Assembly (NCBI GenBank): GCA_965205265.1
Contig: CBDBGH010000003.1
Coordinates: forward strand, 5,056,001-5,120,000
Reading direction: 5' to 3'
Length of the DNA: 64,000 nucleotides
From: Alphaproteobacteria bacterium
Lineage (GTDB): Bacteria > Pseudomonadota > Alphaproteobacteria > Bin95
Shown here piece after piece: positions 44,206 through 53,647 of the stretch. Every line of letters begins with the position of its first letter. Positions within the stretch are counted from its first letter, which is position 1. Both the position numbers and the translations under genes were made by a program. A model generated the notes under the pieces. That model was not told the DNA's origin, made no database searches, and saw only the letters and a program-made list of their open reading frames with translations.

Positions 44206-45135
44206 CTACGGGGAAGGGGATTCTTCGGCCTGCGCCCGCGGTCCGGGACTATACGGGGCTTCCCAGACACGCCGCTCGCCGAGCAGCAGCTTGCGCATGT
44301 CGTGAACCAGGCTGTCTTGCGCCTCGACGAACTGTTCTTCGAGCGCGCGGTCCGGTGCGCCCGGCATGCCCGGCATGCGGCATCGGTTCCATACATGCTC
44401 AAGCAGCCAGTGGTGTTGCGCCGCTTCCCAGAACGCCGCCTTCCCGAGTGGGACGCTCTTCCGGCAATCGGCGTGGAATTTGCGGGCGCGGTCCTCCGTT
44501 ATCTCATGGCCCGCGCTGCGGACCGCATCGATATTGGCCGCGGCGATATCGTCTGCAAATTCGAGGTCCAGCTTAGTCGGGATATTGCCGATCCTCTTGC
44601 CGGAATGCTTCTCGATGAGCCACGCGCAGACACCGATATGCTGCGGCCGGCACAGAGGCCCCTTTCCCTGGCGGAAGCCGGTATCCTTTCCGGCCAGAAG
44701 CTCGTCGCGCATCTCCAGGGCAACCGTATCGCGAGCGGTTCCAATCCACCCCCAGGCCGCGCTTTCCGGCCACTGCGGGTGCTCGCAACTCTGGTAGTCG
44801 AGGCATCCGAGATAGGCGTGGGCCTCGGCTGTGCTGCAACTGATCGGTGCGGCGATCCGGCAAGCCTCCATATAAGCCCGGCCGGTCTGCTCGCCGGGAA
44901 TCATGTCGGCCAGCGGGTCTTCTTCCGGGCCGGGGTCGCCAGCGGCCATGCCCATCTCCCGCTCATAGAGGTCCCGGGCCTCGGGACCGTAACGGAAGGC
45001 GACGCTTTTCAGGTTTTCCAGCGCAAGCGCCTGGGCGATGTCCGCCGGGTCCATATTGGCGGCGGCGGGAACCGAGTCCGCGATGATGCGGGCGCAGGTT
45101 GCGATATGAGTCTCGTTGCAGATGAAGGCGCTCAT
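44206..45135 (-). CDS. hypothetical protein with internal duplication
   Basis: MSAFIC..THI...ENLKSV.FRY...CLDYQSCEHPQW; second unit LC..QHI...ANIDAV; ends EESPSP. Confidence 0.7.
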   Translation of the reverse strand: MSAFICNETHIATCARIIADSVPAAANMDPADIAQALALENLKSVAFRYGPEARDLYEREMGMAAGDPGPEEDPLADMIPGEQTGRAYMEACRIAAPISCSTAEAHAYLGCLDYQSCEHPQWPESAAWGWIGTARDTVALEMRDELLAGKDTGFRQGKGPLCRPQHIGVCAWLIEKHSGKRIGNIPTKLDLEFADDIAAANIDAVRSAGHEITEDRARKFHADCRKSVPLGKAAFWEAAQHHWLLEHVWNRCRMPGMPGAPDRALEEQFVEAQDSLVHDMRKLLLGERRVWEAPYSPGPRAQAEESPSP

Positions 45136-45619
45136 GAGCGGCTCCTCTGGCTACATGCCGTTCGCCAGTCCGTTGCATTGCAACCTAAGTGGGCGATGTG
45201 AAAACGCCAAACCCGAAACCCGGCCGGACCGGCGTCAATCCCATGGCGACGGAGGCGGTGGTCGGGGCAGCCGGAAGCGTGCGGAGCGAAGCAGCTGTCA
45301 GGCGAAAGGACGGGTCCTAGAGGCGCCCCGACCCTTTCGAGCGGAAGGTGGCAGCCGCTCTGCGGCCCGCTCGCCTGTCTGCTGACAGATCCGCGGAATT
45401 GCGAGCGGACATGACAGTCCGCCCCAAAATTATCCTGCGGCCCGGCCTTGAAGTCCCGGGGCCGCCGGTCTATCTGGCCGTGGTAACCCAACGGGCGTTC
45501 CCGAGGCGAACGCGGATTTCGGAGAGTTCCACTTCTTCCACACACCGGTTGCGACAGGAAGTTTCGGGCGGCGGGTGGACCGGCTCTTCCCTTGGGTCAA
45601 GGGAAATATCCCATCGGAT

Positions 45620-45696
45620 TGCGGGATGGCGCAGACGGCAAGCGCGCCTGGCTCATAACCAGGAGGTCGAAGGTTCGAGTCCTTCTCCCGCAACCA
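45620..45696 (+). tRNA. tRNA-Met(CAT), initiator-like acceptor
   Basis: CCTGG-CTCATAA-CCAGG, TCCCGCAACCA end. Confidence 0.88.
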
Positions 45697-45731
45697 ACCT
45701 CTCTCTTCCGGAGAGGGAAGCGCCCGCTCGG

Positions 45732-46391
45732 CTACATGTCCGGCTCCGGCCCGTCATGGGCCTCCGCGGCCGCGGCCCCTTCTTCGAGCGCCTCACGGCG
45801 CCGGGCATAGAGGTCCTCCAGGCGGCCCTCGATCGCCTCGATCTGGGCCAGGACGGCTTCCCGGCGCCCTTCCAGCGCCGCTATCTCTGCATCCAGGTCG
45901 CGCGGGACGATCTCGACCTCCCATTGGTCGGGATCGACAGTGTCGAGAGCGGGCACGGGCATCTCCCTTACGGAGAGCACGGTGCCCTCGGGAATCCGGA
46001 CCCGCGGCTCGTCATGCGTACCGGCCGTCTCAATGGAACCGGAGACCACGAGAACGCCTTCGGCGGTCCGCGCTCCCTTGTCGAAATCCCATGCCTGGAC
46101 GAGCGGGCGGCCGGCGAGGCGGGCGGTGGTAACGCCGCCGGCGTCGGGCCCGACATCGAGCAGCGCCCGCGCTGTCACCTGGATGTCCACGGTCTCGACC
46201 GGAGATCCGTCCGAGCCGTATAGTTCCAGACAGGTTTGCCGGACCAGTTCCGCGGCTTCGATGTCGAACACCCACTGACCGGTTGGCCGGTCGCATTTGC
46301 CGCCCAGCTGCCGGGCCCGTGTGACGAACTCGGGGTCGTAGGGGCTGTCGACCCTCACGACATGCGGCGTCTCCAGCAGTCTGACCGTCAT
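45732..46391 (-). CDS. phage/plasmid-type hypothetical protein
   Basis: SPYDPEFVTRARQLGGK...WVFD...LYG; C-terminal coiled coil. Confidence 0.7.
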   Translation of the reverse strand: MTVRLLETPHVVRVDSPYDPEFVTRARQLGGKCDRPTGQWVFDIEAAELVRQTCLELYGSDGSPVETVDIQVTARALLDVGPDAGGVTTARLAGRPLVQAWDFDKGARTAEGVLVVSGSIETAGTHDEPRVRIPEGTVLSVREMPVPALDTVDPDQWEVEIVPRDLDAEIAALEGRREAVLAQIEAIEGRLEDLYARRREALEEGAAAAEAHDGPEPDM

Positions 46392-46425
46392 GCCCGGCCT
46401 CCTTCCGTCTGCGTACCGGGGGAGG

Positions 46426-46767
46426 TTACAGCGGAGGCATGAAAATCCCGCGAGCCGGGACGGCGGAGAGCGGATGCAGTGCCGGCGGGGTTGAGCGGGA
46501 CGGGCTGCGGAGCCGCCTACGGGCGGAAATCCTCCTCGGCCTCCTCCGGGTCGCCCCACTCCTCAAGCCAGAACGGCTCCATGATGTCGACCATGACAGC
46601 GACTTCCTCGCCCGCGACCCCGTCTCCTCATCGAATAGATAGATGCCGAAGGTCTGGTGCGCGCAGAACTTGCGTCCACCGCTCTCGACCTCGGCAATCG
46701 CCCCATCCAGGGTCGTCGCCTCCAGAGGCACCTCGAGTCCGTTTCCGGTGGCGATATATCTGGTCAT
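46426..46767 (-). CDS. small hypothetical protein (3' end uncertain)
   Basis: GGAG RBS, MTRYIATG... Confidence 0.45.
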   Translation of the reverse strand: MTRYIATGNGLEVPLEATTLDGAIAEVESGGRKFCAHQTFGIYLFDEETGSRARKSLSWSTSWSRSGLRSGATRRRPRRISARRRLRSPSRSTPPALHPLSAVPARGIFMPPL

Positions 46768-46822
46768 TGGGGATCTCCGTGCAGCGGGTGGACCGCGTGG
46801 GATGCGGGACGCCGTCCGGCCG

Positions 46823-48391
46823 TCATTGCGCCCGGGCCGGGACGAATGGCGTATCGGGCGGCCTGAACCCGAGCAGCACGCGGTAATCGGTTGCCCGGAC
46901 CGCGCTCAGGCCTGTCCCGTCATTCGGACCGGAATCGGGGAAGGATATGTCCGTGGTCCAGTGCCGGGAGTCCGGGTCATGGCGCCAGACGACAATGGCC
47001 CTGCCGTCGCTGCCGCCGAGGATGGCCGCGACTCCCAGGCGGCGGACGATATCTTCCGACATCAGCTCGAAAACTTCCTTCAGAAAGCCGATCCGGAGGA
47101 CGGACCTGCAGGGACTGTCGTCCGATGCATGCACGACGACAGTCGGAATGCGATCGGAAGCGTCGGGCCGCCAGCCCGTCTGCCAGCCGGTCCGGGTAAC
47201 CCACCTTGTGGACATGTCGGCCGCATTCGCGCCGCGCCAGCGGCCCAATTGGACGGTCGCCCCCCGAATGCCGGCGCGGGCGGCCGTCTCGATGGCGCAG
47301 CCGGCGACGGCCTGCTTGATCTCGAGGCTTATCCGGGAGGTGAGCGCGGGGGGATGCTCTTCGGGCGGGAACACCCGGAGGGCTTCCTCCCGATGCCGGT
47401 CGCGAAGGCCGGATGTCACGATCTGCGCTGACACATGCCCGTGACGGGCGACAAGGACCGGCCAGGCATCGTCGTCGCGAACCTCGTCGAGGCTCTGCAG
47501 GGTGAGGGCTGCAAACAGCTTTTCGGTGTCGAGATTATGGCGCTGGCGGCGATGGCGCTCGAGTTCGCTGCGCGCGACCGCCGGCGCTCCCTCCCGGACC
47601 GTGAGGCCCGCCTGCGACCAGTCGAGCGCGCCGCGGAGCATGTGCCAGTAGCCGATCGCCCTGTCACGCTCGAGGCCGTCCGGCCAGCCATAGAGGTCCT
47701 GAATGCGGCGGCCGCCCGTATTCCCGGCGGGAGAGCAACGCCAGAGGCGGTCGGCGGTGTCTCCGTCCACCCGCACGCTCTCGCTTTCGAGGAAGGCCTC
47801 GAAGGACGAGCCGATGAGGGCGGCAAGGACGGCTCCGGGAACCGGGGCGCCTTCGTCCGGGACCGGGCTGCCCGTGGCGTCTAGGATGCGCCGGCAGTGT
47901 TGCGAAAGCTCCCGCGGTCCGCCGGGCGGGCCGTTCAGGAGCGCATCCGCCATGGTTTCGCAAAGGTCCCGCCCGGCCCCGGTGGGCTCGCGCCGCAGTT
48001 CGGCGAACAGGGCCTGGGACCATTGATGGGCAAATCGTTCGCAGAGGCGTGTGTCGTCATCGTCGGCCAGCGTTATCAGCGGATAGCCGTCGAATTCCAT
48101 CTCCAGGACAGGGCCCGGTGCGGACAGGGACCTGTCGTCCGGTGACACCGTCGACACGAGAATGGCGACCCGGCGTCCCAATCCGACTTGGTCGGGCGGC
48201 ATGCACATCAGCGAAGCGAAGTCACGCAGTCCGCCTTCAAGATCCTCCAGAATGTCGTGCCGCATGGCGGCTTCCAGGGCGGTCTCTACCGGAAGCACGA
48301 TATCGCGCAGCCCGAAGCGGATCTGGATACGCCGCTTGTTGCTTTCGCACAGGAGCAGCGCCTCGGGGTCGGGCTGTCGTTCCTGGGCCAT
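46823..48391 (-). CDS. hypothetical protein (~522 aa)
   Basis: GGAGG RBS before MAQERQ; protein-like composition. Confidence 0.65.
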   Translation of the reverse strand: MAQERQPDPEALLLCESNKRRIQIRFGLRDIVLPVETALEAAMRHDILEDLEGGLRDFASLMCMPPDQVGLGRRVAILVSTVSPDDRSLSAPGPVLEMEFDGYPLITLADDDDTRLCERFAHQWSQALFAELRREPTGAGRDLCETMADALLNGPPGGPRELSQHCRRILDATGSPVPDEGAPVPGAVLAALIGSSFEAFLESESVRVDGDTADRLWRCSPAGNTGGRRIQDLYGWPDGLERDRAIGYWHMLRGALDWSQAGLTVREGAPAVARSELERHRRQRHNLDTEKLFAALTLQSLDEVRDDDAWPVLVARHGHVSAQIVTSGLRDRHREEALRVFPPEEHPPALTSRISLEIKQAVAGCAIETAARAGIRGATVQLGRWRGANAADMSTRWVTRTGWQTGWRPDASDRIPTVVVHASDDSPCRSVLRIGFLKEVFELMSEDIVRRLGVAAILGGSDGRAIVVWRHDPDSRHWTTDISFPDSGPNDGTGLSAVRATDYRVLLGFRPPDTPFVPARAQ

Positions 48392-48527
48392 TGCGCCTCC
48401 GCGCACAGCTGTGGATAAATCACGGTTATAGGGCGCAAACCGTGCCACGTCGAGGATTTGGCGCTGTCCGTCCGCAGCGGCAACCGATTGGCGGACCATG
48501 GCGCCTGGGGACCGCACCGGCCTGCCT

Positions 48528-49064
48528 TTACAGGGCGGGCTCCGCCGAAGCGCGGTCGCCGTTCCGGGGAGCGGCATGGCGCTCCATCTTGGCGAGGAAA
48601 TGGAGCTTGATCGCCTCGTCGTCGATATGTTCGTTCCGCCGCCATCCCGGACGGTTCCTTGCTTCATGCCACGGGGTGTCGGGGCTATGCCCCAGCTCGG
48701 CCAGCTCATGGGCGGTCCAGTCCCCGTAAACCTCCCAAATGCGCTTCAGGAAATCCGATGCCCGTGTGTCTTGGCGAGGAACGTCCGGGGTAAAGACGGT
48801 TGAATTGTCGTCCAGATCCGTGGCCAGCCTGGTTATTGGCCATTGGGCGCCGAACTCCCTGAACTCGCAATAGACGGACGGGTATCCGGGGCCGTATTGC
48901 CAGGCCTCGACATACTCGTCTCCAATCAGCGGCGTGTGGCGAAGAGCGAGATGCCAGCCATGCGCGACATACAGGAGTTTCTGCAATTTGAGCGGACCGA
49001 TCCCGGCCCTTCCGTAACAGCGAAGAAAGTGGTTGGCGACAGCCTTTGCGGAGTATCCCTCCAT
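48528..49064 (-). CDS. Panacea/DUF4065 (SocA/GepA-like) antitoxin domain protein
   Basis: YSAKAVANHFL, LKLQKLLYVAHG, EAWQYGP, TPW. Confidence 0.9.
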   Translation of the reverse strand: MEGYSAKAVANHFLRCYGRAGIGPLKLQKLLYVAHGWHLALRHTPLIGDEYVEAWQYGPGYPSVYCEFREFGAQWPITRLATDLDDNSTVFTPDVPRQDTRASDFLKRIWEVYGDWTAHELAELGHSPDTPWHEARNRPGWRRNEHIDDEAIKLHFLAKMERHAAPRNGDRASAEPAL

Positions 49065-49070
49065 CCCGGT

Positions 49071-49850
49071 TCAGGGTTCCGGTGTCTCGCCGGAACGAAC
49101 CTGCAGAAGCGTGACGGCCTCGTCGAGGTTGTTGCGTCGGGCGATGTCGGCCGGGGTTTCTTCCCATTCGTTCCGGGCAGCCGGGTCCGCGCCGGCCTCG
49201 ATCAGGGCCAGAATGGCCGCTGGATCGCCATAGAAGGCCGCCGTATGCAACGGGGTGGTCTCATGGTCCGCCCTCGCATTGGGATCGGCGCCGCCATCGA
49301 GAAGGATCATGGCGATATCGGGGCGTTCGTTCCGGAGAGCGACATGGAGCGGCGTGCAGCCCCGGGCGTCGGCGGCGTCCGGTTCGGCGCCCGCCTCGAG
49401 AAGCATCCGCGTGGCGCGGCGATTGACGGCCTGACCGCTCATGGCGGCGCGGTGCAACGGCGTGTTGCCGCTGCGGTTGCGGGCCTCGATGTCGGCGCCG
49501 GCCTCGATAAGGAGCCGGACGGCCCCGATGGTCCCGCAGACGGCCGCGAGATGCAGGGGCGTTTCCCCCGCCCGGTCGCCGGCCTCGAGCCCGGTCGAGC
49601 GGGAGAGCAGCAGGGCAAGGGCCTCCTCGTTCCCGCTGGCCGCGGCCAGATGCAGGGGCCGGGCCCCGCCGACCGTCCTGGCTTCCGTGTCCGCCCCTGC
49701 GTCGAGCAGGGTCCGGACGATATCGGCCGCTCCCCGGCCACCGGCGGCGGCATGCAGGGGCGTGTAGCCGTAGGTGTCCACGGCCTTGGGGCTTCCGCCC
49801 CGGGAAAGCCAGGCGCGAAGCTGGCGGCTTGAAACGGACCGGAAGTCCAT
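49071..49850 (-). CDS. ankyrin repeat protein
   Basis: About seven G.TPLH.AA...LL.AGAD repeats; ends GETPEP. Confidence 0.93.
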   Translation of the reverse strand: MDFRSVSSRQLRAWLSRGGSPKAVDTYGYTPLHAAAGGRGAADIVRTLLDAGADTEARTVGGARPLHLAAASGNEEALALLLSRSTGLEAGDRAGETPLHLAAVCGTIGAVRLLIEAGADIEARNRSGNTPLHRAAMSGQAVNRRATRMLLEAGAEPDAADARGCTPLHVALRNERPDIAMILLDGGADPNARADHETTPLHTAAFYGDPAAILALIEAGADPAARNEWEETPADIARRNNLDEAVTLLQVRSGETPEP

Positions 49851-49934
49851 GGAGACGGTCCCCTCTGCGTTCTGGCGACAGGAGTATTGGCCATATCGGT
49901 GAAAAGTCGAAACGCATGTCAACTCCCGGGGATC

Positions 49935-49962
49935 TTGTGGCGATGCCGGGAACTGGTATAAT
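49935..49962 (+). promoter_or_regulatory. extended -10 promoter for the pentapeptide gene
   Basis: TTGTGG-N16-TATAAT with TG immediately upstream of the -10. Confidence 0.5.
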
Positions 49963-49994
49963 ACTAGACAACTCTGCGGGGGGACCCGGGCGGT

Positions 49995-50867
49995 ATGGCG
50001 ATGACGGCCGAGGAGCTTCTGGAGCGCTATGCGGCGGGCGAGCGCGACTTCTCCGGTCTGGACCTGAGGGGCATCTTCCTGAAGGACCGGATCCTGAACG
50101 GCGCAAGGTTTGCTGGAGCGGACCTGACCGGGGCGAGCCTGTTCCGGGCGAAGCTGATCGGCGCCGATTTCACCGGTGCCGACCTGACCAGGGCGAGCCT
50201 GGGATGGGCGACCCTGTACCGTGCGATTCTCGACGATAGCGTGTGCGTCAAGGCCAATTTCGGTTCGGCTAGGACAGTGGCGCGAGGACGGTATCTGCCG
50301 GGGGTCACGAGTTTCCGGCGCGCGAATTTCGCCGACGCGAGGATGCCGTCGATCCGGTTCGAGTGGACCGACCTGTCATATGCCACTTTCGCCGGGGCCG
50401 ATCTTTCCCGGGCCACGTTTTCCGAGTGTCACCTGGACCATGCCGATCTGACCGCGGCAAGGGCGCGCCGCAGCGAGTTCTGGATGTGCAGTCTTGCGCA
50501 GACGAGCTTCGCCGGCGCGAACTTGAAGGAGTCCGTCCTGCAGCGGTGCGCGTTCCACGATACGGGATTCCCGCAGGCCGATATGAGACGGATGCTGATG
50601 GACTTGCAGGATTCGCGTAACGCGGAGGGCAAGGACATGAAGCGCAACGGCAGGGTCGATTTGTCCGGCGCCGACATCCGGGGGACCCGGCTGGACGAGC
50701 TTGCCGACGCGATAACGAACGGCCTGATACGTCTCGACGGCGCAAAGGCGGACGGGACGACGGATTTCCGCTGGTCTGGCGATGCATATATCGAGGAAGA
50801 AGAGCGGGAGGAGATCGAAAGGCTCCTGGGCCTTCAGGTTCGGGAACAGGAAAGCATCAGCCCGTGA
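49995..50867 (+). CDS. pentapeptide repeat protein
   Basis: MTAEELLERYAAGERDFSG, A(D/N)L/F repeats. Confidence 0.92.
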   Translation: MAMTAEELLERYAAGERDFSGLDLRGIFLKDRILNGARFAGADLTGASLFRAKLIGADFTGADLTRASLGWATLYRAILDDSVCVKANFGSARTVARGRYLPGVTSFRRANFADARMPSIRFEWTDLSYATFAGADLSRATFSECHLDHADLTAARARRSEFWMCSLAQTSFAGANLKESVLQRCAFHDTGFPQADMRRMLMDLQDSRNAEGKDMKRNGRVDLSGADIRGTRLDELADAITNGLIRLDGAKADGTTDFRWSGDAYIEEEEREEIERLLGLQVREQESISP

Positions 50868-50900
50868 CGGCTCCATGGGAGGCGCCGGAGACCGTGCCGG

Positions 50901-51176
50901 TCATTTCCCGCGCCATACCATGCGCAGCGTGCCGCAATGATCCCGCGCGGCTTCCTTGATCCCGGACCATGCGCCGATCAGCAATCCCAGCACCATCGAG
51001 ATCGGGAATGTCAGCACTATCGCGCACACCAGCACGGACCAGGGCATCCATCGCACATATGGTTTCAGCCGCTGCCGGTAGTCCCGGCCCATCCCGCTCT
51101 CTCCCCGTCCGGCAATGTACATGAGCTGCGAAGGGAACTCCCATGAATTGTTGCGGACAAAGGGCAGGAATCCCAA
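50901..51176 (-). CDS. small membrane protein (start uncertain)
   Basis: Single long hydrophobic segment. Confidence 0.4.
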   Translation of the reverse strand: MGFLPFVRNNSWEFPSQLMYIAGRGESGMGRDYRQRLKPYVRWMPWSVLVCAIVLTFPISMVLGLLIGAWSGIKEAARDHCGTLRMVWRGK

Positions 51177-51298
51177 TAGCCTGAAACGTCATGTGCGCCA
51201 GCAGTCCGGCGGCAGGTATCCAAGGGGTCAATGATGGGCCCCGACCTCATCTCCCCCGGAAGCGGGGAGCCGGACATTTTCGGAGTGAGGACGAAAGC

Positions 51299-51637
51299 AT
51301 GAGCGACACAGCCAACATCCTGTTCGCCGCCGCGGACCTGGTTGACCGGGGCTGGACCCAAAAAGCCTACGCTGTCGGCAGTGACGGGCGGTCCGTTGTT
51401 CCGGATGGCCCCTTGGCCAGAAAATGGAACGTCATCGGTGCTATCGCCGCGGCGGCCGGGCGATTTCACCGTGGCGCGGAACTCGCCTTGACGAACCATC
51501 TGGATGTTTGGGAACTGGAACTCTGGAACAACGAGCCCGGCCGCACGCAGGCGGAGGTGAGCGCCGCGCTCCGGGAGTGTGCGTTCCTCCTCCGGGGCGA
51601 CGGCGCCCCGGCCTCATCGAGGTTCGCGAGCGCATGA
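51299..51637 (+). CDS. DUF6197-like small protein
   Basis: L.AAADLVDRGWTQ...GAI...WNNEPGRTQAEV; ATGA coupling to parE. Confidence 0.6.
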   Translation: MSDTANILFAAADLVDRGWTQKAYAVGSDGRSVVPDGPLARKWNVIGAIAAAAGRFHRGAELALTNHLDVWELELWNNEPGRTQAEVSAALRECAFLLRGDGAPASSRFASA

Positions 51638-53631
51638 GTGGCGAGAACGTCGTGCCGATGCCGGGCCTTTTCGCGGAAGACGAAGCCGCGAATTCCTACA
51701 CCGCCGAGCATATCGAGGTGCTCGAGGGCCTGGAGCCGGTGCGGCGCCGGCCCGGCATGTATATCGGCTCGACCGGCGAAGCCGGCCTCCATCACCTGGC
51801 CGCCGAACTGCTCGACAATGCGATGGACGAGGCGGTCGCGGGTCATGCCGACCGCATCGAGTTCGCGCTCGGCCGGGACGGCTGGGTCGAGGTCCGCGAC
51901 AACGGGCGCGGCATTCCCGTGGAGCCGCATCCCAGGTTTGCCGACCGTTCGGCGCTCGAGGTGATCCTGACCACCCTCCACTCGGGAGCGAAATTCGCCG
52001 ACGGGGCCGACAGCGCCTACCGCACGGCCGGCGGCCTGCACGGCGTCGGAATTTCCGTGGTCAATGCCCTCGCCGCCGAACTGGTGATCGAGGTCACGCG
52101 CGAACGCATCATGTGGCGCCAGAGCTACGAGTGCGGCAAGGCGGTATCGAAGCTGGAAAAGGTGGGTATCTCGCGCAACAGGCGCGGAACCGCCGTCCGG
52201 TTCCGCCCCGACAGGGCGATCTTCGGTGAAGCGACCCGTTTCAGGCCCGAGCGGCTGTATCGCATGGTCCGCTCGAAGGCCTCCCTGTTCGCCGGCGTGC
52301 GCCTGCTGTGGCGTTGCCATCCCTCGCTGCTCGCGGGGAACCCGGACGTGCCGGCGGAGGCGGAGCTGCACTTTCCGGGCGGTCTCGCCGACTATCTCGA
52401 CGCTTCCACGCAGGACCGCGAGCGCGTCGCCGACGCGGTGTTCTCGGGCCAGGTGGAGTTTCCCGGGGATACCGGGCGGGTCGAATGGGCCGTGACCTGG
52501 CTCGCCGACGGCGAGGGCTTTACGCAGAGCTACTGCAATACCATCCCGACGCCGCTCGGGGGCAGCCACGAGGCCGGCCTGCGTCTGGCGCTGATGAAGG
52601 GGCTGCGCACGCATGGCGAGCATGTCGGCAATCGCAAGACCGCCCGGATCAACGCCGATGACGCCATCGGCGGCGCCGGCGTCATGCTGTCGGCCTTCAT
52701 CCGGAACCCGCAGTTCCAGGGCCAGACCAAGGAGAAGCTCGAGAGTCCGGAGACGCAGCGTCTGGTCGAGCAGACCGTAAAGGACCGGTTTGACCACTGG
52801 CTGGCGGCGGATACCGAGGCGGCCACCGCGCTCGCGGCCTTTGCGGTGGAGCGCGCGGAGGAGCGCCATCGGCGGCGCGAGGAGCGCGACCGGCGCAAGA
52901 AGGCCGCCGGGACACGGCGGGCCCGCCTGCCGGGCAAGCTGACCGACTGCTCGAGGCGCGAGCGCGACGGCGCCGAGATATTCCTGGTGGAAGGCGATTC
53001 CGCCGGCGGTTCGGCAAAGCAGGCCCGGCGGCGCGAGACGCAGGCCATCCTGCCGCTGCGCGGCAAGATCCTGAATGTCGCCAGCGCCACCGCCGACCGG
53101 GTCCGGGCCAACCGCGAGGTCGCCGATCTCGAGCTCGCGCTCGGCTGCGGGACAGGCGATGGCTACCGCGATGAGGATCTGCGCTATGAGCGCGTCATCA
53201 TCATGACGGACGCCGACGTCGACGGCGCGCATATCGCGGCCCTGCTGATGACCTATTTCATGCAGGAAATGCCGGGCCTGGTCGAGGCCGGACGGCTCTA
53301 CCTGGCCCGGCCGCCGCTCTACAGGCTCTCCGCAGGCGGCGTCACCGCCTATGCGCGCGACGATGCGCACCGCGCGGAGTTGCTCGAAACGGTCTTCAGC
53401 GGCAGGCGGAAAGTCGAGATATCCCGGTTCAAGGGCCTGGGCGAGATGCCGCCCGGCCAGCTGCGCGACACCACCATGGATCCGGCCCGGCGCAGCCTCC
53501 TGCGGGTCGAACCGGACAGGGGCGGAGCATCCTTCGACATCATGGAGCGGCTGATGGGGCGCAATCCGCGCCACCGGCTGGACTTCATCCGCGAGAACGC
53601 GGACGGGGCCGCGGTCCTCGTGGACGCCTGA
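51634..53631 (+). CDS. parE: DNA topoisomerase IV subunit B
   Basis: IEVLEGLEPVRRRPGMYIG, DNAMDEAVAG, GGLHGVG, VEGDSAGGSAKQAR, PLRGKILN, MTDADVDGAHI, RFKGLGEM; no GyrB insertion. Confidence 0.93.
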   Translation: MSGENVVPMPGLFAEDEAANSYTAEHIEVLEGLEPVRRRPGMYIGSTGEAGLHHLAAELLDNAMDEAVAGHADRIEFALGRDGWVEVRDNGRGIPVEPHPRFADRSALEVILTTLHSGAKFADGADSAYRTAGGLHGVGISVVNALAAELVIEVTRERIMWRQSYECGKAVSKLEKVGISRNRRGTAVRFRPDRAIFGEATRFRPERLYRMVRSKASLFAGVRLLWRCHPSLLAGNPDVPAEAELHFPGGLADYLDASTQDRERVADAVFSGQVEFPGDTGRVEWAVTWLADGEGFTQSYCNTIPTPLGGSHEAGLRLALMKGLRTHGEHVGNRKTARINADDAIGGAGVMLSAFIRNPQFQGQTKEKLESPETQRLVEQTVKDRFDHWLAADTEAATALAAFAVERAEERHRRREERDRRKKAAGTRRARLPGKLTDCSRRERDGAEIFLVEGDSAGGSAKQARRRETQAILPLRGKILNVASATADRVRANREVADLELALGCGTGDGYRDEDLRYERVIIMTDADVDGAHIAALLMTYFMQEMPGLVEAGRLYLARPPLYRLSAGGVTAYARDDAHRAELLETVFSGRRKVEISRFKGLGEMPPGQLRDTTMDPARRSLLRVEPDRGGASFDIMERLMGRNPRHRLDFIRENADGAAVLVDA

Positions 53632-53647
53632 CAGGATAGGGGGGACG

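Noticed and set aside
51634-53631. Calling this gene gyrB
   Set aside because: Length, lack of the GyrB insertion, and DNAMDEAVAG / GGSAKQAR / MTDADVDGAHI motifs fit ParE better
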